Below are positions 37,797 through 49,268 of a stretch of 64,000 nucleotides of DNA, one piece after another; within the stretch, counting starts at the first letter, position 1; every line of letters starts with the position of its first letter. The notes under the pieces were generated by a model. The model worked only from the letters and a program-made list of their open reading frames with translations, was not told where the DNA came from and searched no databases. Source of the DNA: Fistulifera solaris (taxonomy: Eukaryota); the NCBI GenBank assembly GCA_030295235.1, contig AP026147.1, forward strand, positions 124,001 to 188,000. Reading direction: 5' to 3'. Made by a program: the position numbers and the translations under genes.

Positions 37797-38491
37797 TAAT
37801 AATAATGTCCCAAACCTTGATCGTTTTCGCGTTTCGGGGAGAAGTACTTTTCACTGCAGACTGTTCGCCTTCTTTGACTTTGTAGGGACAAGATACTTTT
37901 CTGAATTCTGATTGGCTCAAAAAAACCTTAAGTGTCCTTTACTCTGATTTCTGATTGGCTCATAGATCCTAGCTACAACTTCGCTACAGTTTGTACGACA
38001 CTACAAATCGAAACGCCAATGGGCCAGAAGAAAGTGGAAAAGACCCGCGAAAACGCCTCGTAGTTTGGTTTTCGCTCGTTGGGATGATTCTCGTTTGTCA
38101 CCGCGTTGGCAGACAATTTTATTGATTTTGTGGCCATCGTCTTCGAACGACCATGGCCACTACCATGAAAAAAGCATTTGTCGGAAAAAGCACAGATGCA
38201 CGGTTTAAAAGAACTAGTAGCGTATGTGGCAAACGAAAGTCGGATACAAGTCGGTGACGAAGAGAGGTACGTTTCAGAAATGTTAATGTGACTCTATGGC
38301 ACCAATCCGAACACCTCGCCACAATACGAATTTCGGGGGTTGTTTGACACGTGCGGTTTGTTTGCTTCTCGGCAGAGCAAGACGCTCTCGGACCCGCTTT
38401 CTTGCATCGGGGTGGACCACCAAGCACATCACTTGTACATAGACACATTGGCTAATATTCACACTCTTGTTTTCTCCTACAATCAACAAAA

Positions 38492-39409
38492 ATGGATTCA
38501 CAAACGGACGGCAACCCATTGATGGACAACCCATTCTTTCCTGTACCCATCAGATGGAATATCCCTGAAATAGCCAAACATTCCGAATGCGGACTCAGCT
38601 CAGTATCGGTTTCTACGTTGCAAAAGTGCTTACAACCGGTCTTGGAGGGTCTGGGGCAGATTGACGCTACCGAATTGCTCGGTTTGGAACAAGTGGCTGC
38701 TGGTATGGGTCCTCAAATCAAAGAAGGGTACGTGTGATAGAGGGTTTCTGTAACGTTCGTTGAGTAACGCTGAGGGCTCAAACCTGCATAACTGACTTTA
38801 CACAAACCAGTATCCATGTGCGCCCTATTCATGATCTCATTACACCGAGTTGTGATCCTGGGACAGTTCGATACATTCACCTTTCCGAAGTAGAAGGTCA
38901 ATATAGCATGGGTGTTTTCATTTTCCCTCCCCCTGGCGGTCATCCCTTTGCACGATCATCCGGGTATGTGTGTTCTCAGTCGTGTTCTATACGGCGATTT
39001 GCAACGGAAGAGTCTCGATTTGGCACGCGAACAACCGGACGAGGAACCTGAAACGAGATCATGGATTCCTTGGACGCGGTCGGGGAAGCGGCGGAGAGAC
39101 TCGGACGTTCCGAAAGGCTCCAAACTGGCTTACAGGAATCGTGTCGACAATTTGCGCGCCCCGGATTGTACCATTCTATTCCCGTTCGAAGGAAATTTGC
39201 ACGAATTCGTCGCCGGCCCCCACGGTGCGGCAGTATTGGACGTGCTGCTGCCTCCGTACGATCATCAACACCACCGGGACTGTACATTTTTCGAGATCCG
39301 TGAGTGTGCCGACAAACTGGATGGCAATCGAGATAAAGTATGGATCACACCCACCGGTCAACCGGAAAACTTTCACTGCATTTCGGGAAGCTACGATCAT
39401 CTGGAATGA
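38492..39409 (+). CDS. ADO: Thiol dioxygenase of the plant cysteine oxidase / ADO family; intron ~38728-38810, frameshift in C-run near 38930; start uncertain
   Basis: YSMGVF, IPLHDHPGMCVLSRVLYG, GNLHEF, AVLDVLLPPY..RDCTFF. Confidence 0.88.
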
Positions 39410-39949
39410 CCAAGCAATTCGAATGCTCATCTACGCCATGTACCTAATCACACTCAATTTAACTTTCAACCTCTTCTTACAATAAAGCTACTCCTGTTGA
39501 AGATGCTCTTGTCCTAAATACAAAGTTACGTTACTACAAACCATCAATCTGTCGAGCGACAAAGAAATAAGTGCTGTTGATCCACAATTCATTGGCCTAT
39601 CTTGGGCCTAGAGACATAATGAACCTTAGCATTGTTTCGTCGAGCTCACTCCTCTTCGACCAGGCAGACAGGCGACAGGAAATCATGCGCGCGGGTAGCG
39701 CGTACGTCACGATCATTTTCATTCACGGTGCTCCTTGACTCAGAGCACCGAACATGACGTACCGGTACTACTACTATATACTTTCTGCTGGACAGTTCAA
39801 AACTTGAAACTAAAGTGTCGTCATCTGCCTCCAACACATCGTTGATGACTTGATGAGAGGCAGAAATAAAAAGCCATTCAACCTCTTGTTGTTAAAGTGC
39901 AATTCATAGTCCAGTCTCACCCAATTTATTCAAATACAACAATAAAATA

Positions 39950-40633
39950 ATGATTCGATCTCTTCTTTTCTCTTCCTTACTTGTCACGATGACTGCCGCA
40001 TGGACGATGACGGGCACTGCGGTATCGGGCTTTCACGGAGCCGTCGTGATGAGTCGTATGCCTTCGTCTTCCTCTTCAACGCTCCAAATGAAGAAAGGAA
40101 AATCCAACGTTCCCATCCAAATGCGCGGTCAATACAAAAGGCACAAGAATTGTCGCAAATGCGCCAAGAAATGATCGCGGCGAGTCAAGCGGGCGATGAT
40201 GGTTTGCCCGTCTTCAATCTATTTGTACGAACCAAACGTGGGAATGTAAGTCCAATTCGGGTAGGTGATTTGATGCACGACGAGTTCTCATTCTTTTTTG
40301 TGACAGATGTGGTACCCGTGCGGAAGCTTCAAAGGCGACGACCGATCCGCGGCCTTGACCAAGAGTTGGGCCGACAACGGGTTGTTGGCAGGTATTAGCA
40401 AAAAGCAATTGGATGGAGGTATTGCCGGTAGCTTGTACCGTGACTTGGACAAATTGAAAGAAACTATCTTGCGAGCGTTCCCGCAACTTCGCAAAAGTAA
40501 AGATGAACTGGAATTCGGGTACAAATTGTCCTTCAAGGGACTGGATGAAGAGAAGGCCAAAGAAATATTCGTTGTCGAGCCCAAGGAGAACAAGGGAGTA
40601 CTTGACAACATTAAAGATATTTTTAGCGGTTAA
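39950..40633 (+). CDS. HHL1: HHL1-like plastid protein; intron 40246-40306, frameshift near 40140
   Basis: Signal peptide ending TAA-W; DDGLPVFNLFVR..WYP..G...LYRD...LEFGYKL pattern. Confidence 0.7.
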
Positions 40634-41131
40634 ATAATGGTGGTGCAGGAGTGGGGCAGAATAGAGATAACGGTTGGTATAGCTGTTCTAATTAGCGCGC
40701 AAAAATTTATTTTCTCGTTATTTTCGGTTACCAGAAGTATTTAGAGAGTATGGTGTGAACAAAAGTGATTGATTATGTAGCTAGATGATGAAAACGAATG
40801 AATGCTAATTGAGAGAAAAGAGAGATAAGAATTTGTAGACGACAAGATGTTGAGAAGCAAAAATAAGCACGAGGCTCCTAAAACCAATAACAGTGCGATA
40901 CGCTTTTCATAGTACAAAGTACAGTAGGAAAACCCAGCATTTTCTCCAAGGTTCGGAGCGGATCGCGACGACCATGACAGGGAGACCTCGATCCAAAGAA
41001 TCGCCGCGCTAGCGTCATTTCTTATCTTCACAGCATTTTCCTTGCGTGAATTATACAGTGCACAAGCCATTCGTGAGGCTTTGTAATATATATTATATCG
41101 CAAAAGTAAACAACACATTCTATTTGAAAAC

Positions 41132-41929
41132 ATGGCATCCTCCGGTGCCGGCTACGATTTATCGGCTTCGACGTTCAGTCCCGACGGACGCATCTTCCAA
41201 GTCGAGTACGCCTCAAAAGCCGTCGAAAATGCCGGAACGGTCATTGGCATTAAAGCCTCGAACGGCATTGTTTTGGGCGTCAGCAAACCGTTGTTGCACA
41301 AAATGGTGGTCCCCAGCACGTGCAGTTACAAACGCATTCATTCCGTCGATGAACACGCGGGGATTGCCAGTACGGGCTTTTTGCCCGACGCCCGTCAACT
41401 GGTCGGTCGGGCCATCGATGAAGCCGCGAATTGGGAAGATCAGTATGGTGTCAAAGTGCCACCCGAGGTGTTGGCGGATCGATTGGGTTATTTCATGCAT
41501 TATTACACACTCTCGGGGGGATTGCGTCCCTTCGGGGCTTCGTGTGTGATTGGCGCATACGATCAAGACACGAAGCAATACAAATTGCACATGGTCGAAC
41601 CCAATGGTTCGGCGGCGAGTTATTATGGAGTGGCCACGGGCAAAGGCAAACAAGCGGCGAAAACGGAATTGGAAAAGTTGAATCTGCACAAGGAACCGTG
41701 TACAGTAGACGAAGCCGTCAAACATATTGCCAAGATTCTTACCATGCTGCATCAAGAAAACAAGGATAATGAGGGCAAGCCGTTGGAAATGGAACTCAGT
41801 TGGATCTGCGAAGCCAGTAAATACAAACATGTTGGTGTACCGAAAGCACGAATTGCGGAGGTAACGGCTTGGGTGCAGGAACAGCTGGAAGAAGAGGACG
41901 ACGACGAGGAAGAAGCCATGGAAGAGTAA
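41132..41929 (+). CDS. PSMA3: 20S proteasome subunit alpha-7 (alpha type 3)
   Basis: GAGYDLSASTFSPDGRIFQVEYA, RPFG, AAKTELEKL, ELSWI, acidic tail. Confidence 0.96.
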   Translation: MASSGAGYDLSASTFSPDGRIFQVEYASKAVENAGTVIGIKASNGIVLGVSKPLLHKMVVPSTCSYKRIHSVDEHAGIASTGFLPDARQLVGRAIDEAANWEDQYGVKVPPEVLADRLGYFMHYYTLSGGLRPFGASCVIGAYDQDTKQYKLHMVEPNGSAASYYGVATGKGKQAAKTELEKLNLHKEPCTVDEAVKHIAKILTMLHQENKDNEGKPLEMELSWICEASKYKHVGVPKARIAEVTAWVQEQLEEEDDDEEEAMEE

Positions 41930-42061
41930 TAGCTTTACAACTCATACTGCTCATGGTATAATACTCTAATATTCATGTAATAAATGCAATACTAGAAAAT
42001 AGCCAGGTGAATCATATTTAGTGCACGCTCTCGTGCAGATGAGTGCAATATAACACAAATG

Positions 42062-43555
42062 TTATTCGGTCTTCTTTTCTTCCACGGTAGCCGAAGGAGT
42101 GAATTTACTTTTCAAGCAACCTTGCTGGAGCGCCAGGTCTTCAAAAGCTGCCAACAAGCTGGGTGCCGTCGGAACATCCAATGTCAAATCAGGCAAGATG
42201 GTATGAAGTCTATCAATTCCTTTCTTCACCTGATACTCTGACACGATGGCATTGCGCACGAGGAAGCCAAATAGCGCCACCATGGCATCCAGATTCGAAT
42301 GGGCATCGGGATCCCCATCTGCCTTCTTGCCATCTTTTTCCATGGCAGCGAAAACGCCTCGCTTGACCAATTCGTGATGAAAGTGCGCTGCTTCCAGCTC
42401 TTTCACGCAACGAGCCGCCTCGTCGAGCTCACAACTAAGCAAGTACTCTTGCAAAAGCTGGTCCATATCCTTCTTGAGATCTTCCACCGGACGGCCGTCA
42501 CCAGGTCCCCAGACTTTCTCTAAACGAGCCGTGCAATGTTCCCGGCTGAGCAAAGTCAAGGCCTTCTCAATCACCACATCTCCGGGACGATTGTTGTTCT
42601 GGTCGGACATGAATGCCGGAGGGAGTACCTCGTCCACTACAGCTCGTGCAAGGAATGAAGCCACAATCGTCTGTTTTTGCAACAGTACATGAGCTACGAT
42701 TGTACAATATTTTGAGCGACCAAAATCTTTTTCCGCCACTTACCGCCGCATCCGGTACATCTGTTTGCAAATCTTCCATAGAATCCAAAAGTTTCTCAAA
42801 TCCGGTCGTCATATCGGACATGGTCATCGGGGTGGGGTGTAAGCAGGTGAGCAGGCGACTGGTCAATTCACGAGACCGCGAACTCTTGTCGAGCGCCAAA
42901 CTGACGGCCTTTTGACAATTTCCGAATGGTATTCTTGACAACCTAGTTCCTCCAAAGTTCGAATCACTTCATCGGTATCCGCGGAATCGTAATACTCGTG
43001 GAGGCACTCGGTCAACTGGAGTTTGAATTCACTCAAGGTGAGGAGAGGACCATACACAGCTTTCGACGTTCCCGGATCGTATCCACGCTTCTCAACAACG
43101 TCAGACTCCATGCTACTCAGAATGTACCGAGACGAATCTTCCGCTTCATCGTAAATCGGATCTTTCTCATCAATGGGGTCTTTCTCGGCGTAAGAAGGAT
43201 CCATCAATTCTTTCCATTGACCTTTCCCGTGTCCGCCTTGTTTTTTGAAAGCGCTGTTGTAATTACCCGAGTCTTTGTCGGCGGTCTTTTTACGAGTAAT
43301 ATTTCGTTTCGCGGTGCCCTCGACGACCTTAGTCTCGTGTTCGTCTGGTTCGGTCGTCTTGGCGATAATCTTGGCGGCCTTGGCTTGAACTTCAGTAGAA
43401 ATGGCTCGAACACCTTCACCCGTAGGATTGTGCACTTTGCCCTAGATAGGAGGCACGTGTAAGTGTTTGTTGCGGCCGAATTCACGCAAAAGGGGGCCAG
43501 AGTGACGTACCATGGTGCTGACAGTAATTTCAGGACGCTTCGCGAATTCGGCCAT
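42062..43555 (-). CDS. PDCD4: PDCD4-like protein with two MA3 domains; introns 43442-43510 and 42671-42743, frameshift near 42915
   Basis: KKQGGHGKGQW, IDEKDPIYD, FLARAVVDEVLPP, VWGPG, HFHHELVK, DLTLDVP. Confidence 0.9.
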
Positions 43556-44297
43556 GACAATAATAATGATATTGTGACGGTAGTAAATTGAATTAATAAG
43601 GGTTGCTTTGAAAAATGATTTCTCTTTCCTTTTATCAATCAGCAGGAGAAGGGGTAAGGGTTGATGACAATTTTACTCACGATCGCGCTCGACTTGCGTG
43701 TCAAATGGATCTTGGATCCTCACAACAACGAAAAAATAACAACAAAACCGGCTCTTCGCAAAAAGCTCGTTATTTTGCGCTTCGTCGTATGACCGAATGT
43801 CATGTTCTGTTCCGGTGACACTTTTCTATCGTCTTTGGAGTGCAAATGGAGTCATGGTACGACGTTTTGACGTAATACGAAGGCTACGACCGAAATTCGC
43901 CTTCGTGCGCGGCATGTGCGCGGCACGTTGCTAGGATCCGAACACCTTCCTTGCCGAACACTGCATCCTGGCTTAGTTTTTTTTTGTCAAATATTCGTCC
44001 AAAGAGCGAGATAACGGTCTCTCTCTAGCTTGACAAGAGAGAAGAGAGCGATCAATCACATTAGGCTACTGACAAAGTTGAAAACAAAAGCTGCAAGTGA
44101 TGCAATAAGAGAGATCCATGCATCGTCGGCGAGGTGCAGTTCGAAAGAACATTATTTTATCTAACTTCAATCCGTCGAGCGCAATACATATATTTGCCGA
44201 TACTCCATACAAGAAAACTATAAGATTGGAGAAATTTATCAGCATTTATTCCGATAGGATAAAAGGTTCCTCTCGGTCACGATGGTGCTTCTACTCC

Positions 44298-44825
44298 CTA
44301 TTCGTCGGTCGAACCATCGTCCAAGTCGTTCCATTTGCCTTTACCACCGCCTCCGCCGCCTTGTTTCTTGTCTTTGCGGTTAGGGTCATGATCATGCTTT
44401 CGTTGAATGTTTCGCTTGGCGGAGCCTTCTTCCCCAACCACGGTTTCGGGAATGTCGATTTTGCCCTTGTGATGTTCTTCTCTGCAAGGAAATTGCCGAT
44501 GAAAGAAAATGTGAGCCAGTGAGCAGAATATACGAGAACGAAAAGGAGAAAAATAACCATCGGCTTTCACACGACGGTGACATTGAAATAGAATTCAAAA
44601 GTCATATACACCCCGTCCTCAAAAAAGTACCGATTGCGGAACGTGCACCCGAATGGCGATGGCGATTGCTTTCGTAACAAGCTGTTGCAACGTCAGTCTT
44701 GAACATCAAAATTGTCCACTCCCTGTTGTCTAAACAATCTTTCGGTCGCATCGTGTCATCGTGCGAAACCGGAACCCATTGTTGCATCCAAACGAACCGC
44801 CGACTTACTCTTTGGGGTGTACCAT
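44298..44825 (-). CDS. 66-aa microprotein homologous to the N-terminal region of the adjacent PDCD4; intron 44482-44808
   Basis: Exon ATGGTACACCCCAAAGA|GTAAGT splices in frame to TTGCAG|AGAAGAA giving MVHPKEEEHHKGKIDIPETVVGEEGSAKRNIQRK...KKQGGGGGGKGKWNDLDDGSTDE*. Confidence 0.72.
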
Positions 44826-45645
44826 GGTAATAAAATTTAACGTTTTCTATACAGCAGGTAATGGTTTGTTTAAGGTTGTATTTTGGGATTTGGGATGTTT
44901 TCGAGAATTATGGATCTTGGTGATGGAGATGTCATCCATCATCGCCACAACAAGATCGCCCTCGCGTGATTGTCTCGTTCGAAGCGAACTGTTCTTTCTC
45001 ACGTGTGCGTACACAATGGTACATTTTGTACGTACGCGTGGAAGCTCGAGAGAAAAATGCGAAGCTTCCACGGACGAACAAACGATCCATTCAGTCACGC
45101 GCCACCTGGTCCCTGGCGACGGACAGATCGAAAATTCGCGGTGCCGACGATTGTTCGTCGTCCGACGACGACCATTGAGAAATACTCCGTAATGGAGTAA
45201 AACAAGAAACAAAGCTGCAAGTGACTTCTTCTTACCTGGGCACGGCGTTACAAATTCCCCGCCTTGCTGTCGCTGCTTGTCGGGAAAGACTTTTTCGATT
45301 AGGGTTTTTCATTTCCGTCGCACAGTCTCTCACCGTGCGGAATTTTGTAGCGGCTGTGTTACTACGTAAAAAAGACCTCGTACTTCGTCTCCAAAGGTGT
45401 TCTACTTACTAAGTCTATATAACTTGGTAAGGTGTTTCATATTATATGTTTTATTTGTCCTATAGCTTTTACTGTAGTCTTGGGGGACATCTTGCTCTAT
45501 AGTCGATCTAGTTGGTGTTTCAACGGCTCGCCAACGGATTTCATGTGGCACTCGCTAATCCGGCATTTTAGCGGCCTCTCCAAATATCTACGTTTATTTG
45601 AGGCCCGATAATGCAAACTACGTTTGGCTCTCAAGAATGTGCGAC

Positions 45646-45732
45646 TTCCCCAACTTTCCCCGCCGTTCCCCAACTTTCTCCGCCGTTCCCCAACTTTCCC
45701 CGCCGTTCCCCAACTTTCCCCGCCGTTCCCCG
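45646..45732. repeat. 20-bp minisatellite (TTCCCCAACTTTCCCCGCCG) x ~4 inside the transposon
   Basis: Directly visible. Confidence 0.92.
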
Positions 45733-46299
45733 TACTTCCCAGATTTCTCGCATTAGCTGAAAATTTCCTGGAATACATCCGTGAATTACCAGTCACGAAT
45801 TGCGCATTGGGGTCTGTTTTACCTTGAAAAATGACAAGTAATCTTATTGATAGCTGAGGCAATTAACGAATTTTATTAAAGTAAGTATTATCATGAATAG
45901 AACTGATGCTCTACAATAGCCTTCCGTTGCTTCCGCGACGTCGTTCGAATGTCTAGCTCTTCGCCACGTGCTACACCATCGATTGCTCCTAACGCGGGCC
46001 CGTCGTAGAGTCCAATAGCAGTCCGCGTGCTGCGCCAAGCATTTCTGCCAGTGCTGTTCCGGCAGCGGAAGACTCCGAGTAAAGTGCCCAGCTCGTCTGC
46101 CACGGATAGTCCTCACCCTCTAGCGGAGCTCCAAGGATCCTAAAGTACCAGGTATGCCCTGTGGTCGAGATGTACAAGTACCGGTACTATGTAAGGTTAG
46201 TCTGTATCTTTTGATGATTCATTCAAATTTGAGACTTGGAAAGAGATCTCTTTGTTCACATAGGACAAGGGTAAAAACGCCCTGACATGTCTTTCATAC

Positions 46300-46438
46300 T
46301 TCCCCGGAAATCTCCTATAATCTCCGGGATTCTCGGGGAATCTCGGGGATTCTCGGGGATTCCCCGGGATTCTCGGGGATTCCCCAACTTTCCCCAACTT
46401 TCCCCAACATTCCCCATCTTTCCCCGGAATTCTGGGGT
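46300..46438. repeat. 10-bp-period array (TTCTCGGGGA / TTCCCCAACT variants) x ~14 inside the transposon
   Basis: Directly visible; shares TTCCCCAACT unit with 45646-45732. Confidence 0.9.
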
Positions 46439-47003
46439 TTAGCGAAACGTAATTTACACCGAGGTAAATTCACGTAAACATAGTTTTTTGCGATGCGACA
46501 GGCAAAAAAGCTTTTTTGGTAACGAGTGCCACATGCAATCCGTTGGCGAGCCGTTGAAACACCAACTAGATCGACTATAGAGCAAGATGTCCCCCAAGAC
46601 TACAGTAAAAGCTATAGGACAAATAAAACATATAATATGAAACACCTTACCAAGTTATATAGACTTAGTAAGTAGAACACCTTTGGAGACGAAGTACGAG
46701 GTCTTTTTTACGTAGTAACACAGCCGCTACAAAATTCCGCACGGTGAGAGACTGTGCGACGGAAATGAAAAACCCTAATCGAAAAAGTCTTTCCCGACAA
46801 GCAGCGACAGCAAGGCGGGGAATTTTAACGCCGTGCCCAGGTAGGCTTTTTGTTTGAGGTTTGTTAACTCGTCAAAAGCTTTGATTAAAAGTTAAAAGCC
46901 TTTGTAGAAATAATAGCATTCAAGCGAGCTGCGCCGTCCAGAAGGGTTTTGTATTAATTTTATTGCAACAACAACACACGCCGTCGTTGTCAGAATATTT
47001 AGC

Positions 47004-47582
47004 ATGAGTCATACGAATCAAAACAGCCATAATACACCGCCACGACCGGGAAGAAACAGCAATACAGCACCTCGCAATACTCCTGTACAACTGCATTCCG
47101 ATTCGGGTGTTCCTCATGGTCACGTGCCGGCTTATTTACCCGGATCCGCTAGTTTAGTCGAAGAACTCGATCAACCCGTTTTGGTGGTATTGAGAGACGG
47201 AAAGCATCTCGTTGGGGTGAGTTTATAGATGCAGAATAGCTATCTCTTGAACGAAATTCATTTCGGCTGGGCTCAACCCCGCTTTCGCTTTTCTCTTTCC
47301 TCTTTTGTCGCAAAGACACTTTGTTCCTACGATCAATACAGCAATCTTGTATTGGGGGATGCCGTCGAACGAAGAATTGTGCTAGAAGATGGAAAAACGC
47401 TCTATACCGACATTCCTCTGGGGTTGTATGTCGTGCGGGGAGATACCGTGGTGATACTAGGGCAGATTCCCTCGACGGCCAATCCGCAATGGATGCAACC
47501 GGTCACGGTCGAAGAGATCAACGAACGAATGGAACAAACGACGTCGTTGCAGTGGGACTTTGACAATGATCTGATAGCGTAA
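47004..47582 (+). CDS. LSM1: LSM1 (cytoplasmic Lsm1-7 decapping activator); intron 47217-47315
   Basis: YLPGSASLVEELD..LVVLRDG..LVGTLCSYDQYSNLVL...GLYVVRGDTVVILG. Confidence 0.92.
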
Positions 47583-47800
47583 TTGATAATGAATGGTGTT
47601 GTTTTCTTTTGCAATTTGGCACGAAATAAAAGAACGTATACTCAGAAAAAAGTGTGAAGGGATGATGATTCAATCCCTTTGTTTGGCTAAGGCACGCTTA
47701 ATAAAAACAAACATGCACTATTTTAATGGTTGATAATCTTTCCCGAAAAAGAACTATATGTGACTCTTCTTGATTCTCCTTCTCATCATCGCTACGCCAT

Positions 47801-48349
47801 TTAACTCTCCGTTACTTCCTCCGAAGGATGCTCATTGGTGATCACCGTCCCAGTGGGAGGAGGAATGTTGTTTTTCGCGGGCTTACCGTGTTCGGCATCC
47901 ATGACGGCCATTTCTTCCAATTTACAGTCTTTCTTGGCCTGAAAGACGGCAATGTCTTTTCGCGCGGCGTCAAAGATCGCGCGAATCTTTTGTTCCTTCT
48001 CTTCGGCCGAGAATGTATCATTCGTTTCCAATTCCGCCATCATGTCGTAAATGTCGATTCCGAACGTTTGCTTGCGCGTTTTGATTTCGCGGTCCAAGAG
48101 GGTAATGTCCATCTGTAGAGTGAAGCGTTATGTTTGTATGAATGGATCATTGATACAATTCATTAAGAAATAGAATGTTTGTTAGATAAAAGGGAGTAAT
48201 GAGAAACAGAAAACACCAAGTAAAATGTTTATCGACGACAAGATATCCTCAAATGAGTGACGAATACAAGTCCTTACCTTGAGCATCGATTTTGCACCAG
48301 AGGACATGACTCCTTTGCCTGCTTTCTTCAGGTTGTCCATCCAACTCAT
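47801..48349 (-). CDS. Small hypothetical coiled-coil protein; intron 48113-48277
   Basis: MSWMDNLKKAGKGVMSSGAKSMLK splices in frame to MDITLLDREIKTRKQTFG. Confidence 0.7.
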
Positions 48350-49268
48350 GTTTAGATGATGTCTTTTTAAATAAGAAAGGAGGGCAAAGAAACTGAAACT
48401 AAAGGATAAATACGTTCTTGTTGCGTTGGTGTTGTGCGATTGTTTGTGTTGCAACGCAAACAAAGCACGACGAGAAGCCTTTTTCGTCTTTGCTATAGCT
48501 ATATACATCATAAAGTACTAAGTGCTGTCACAGCATGACCAAAGTCTTCCAACGGTCACACTTCAATTGATGTCGCAGCGGTCTTGAAGAGCAATCTAGA
48601 TTAAACAACGAAAGCAACGACCCGATGCCATAGAAGAAAAAGACCTGATTTTCCCTACGGTATCTGGTAACAAATAATTTGGAGTAATAAAAAAGCTCGG
48701 TGGACGGAAAAGCTATGTCTTCTGCAATCAACGTGTTGAGATGAAAAAATGGAAAAGATCCACAAAAATGCTTGCTACATTTGGTGTTGCCACTACGACG
48801 TAGAATGGATATTGATGAGAACCGCTCCGATACGAGTCATTCCCGGACGTCTTGCGGTCTTGCGCGAAGAACACGCGCCGACGACGTCGTCGGCCTCACG
48901 TTTTTCACCATGCCGACGGCGGAGCGCAGTTTCTGTGGTTTTCTCCCTTTTATCGTGAGGCGGACTGTCGCCCTCGAGATCCGTCTCGAAAGCCGTCCAT
49001 ACCATTCACGTGCAACGAGACCACACAACAGTTCGGTGTCTCAAGCTATTAACTATCCGAGAGAGAAGCTGCTACGATTGCTGATTGATATCGGCTTTTT
49101 GTAACAACAATTATCTCTTTTTCACAAAGTGTGTTTCTTCTTCGTCAATTCGTCCGCCTTGAGAAGAAGAAGCCGCACATTCAAGAACCGATCGATCACG
49201 TTTCACCCTCATTCGTCTCAACAACAGTACGGTACTTTTGAGACTTGCATTACGTTTTCCTCGTAACG

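Larger units (their letters stand above)
45235..46841. mobile_element. Non-autonomous DNA transposon with ~320-bp terminal inverted repeats and TA flanks (Tc1/mariner-like target site)
   Basis: TA|CCTGGGCACGG...CCGTGCCCAGG|TA; TIRs 45235-45554 and 46523-46841 differ at about two positions by eye; no transposase ORF recognised. Confidence 0.9.

Noticed and set aside
45844..46177. Internal ORFs of the TIR element as a transposase
   Set aside because: Short, with no DDE/DDD or HTH pattern recognisable.
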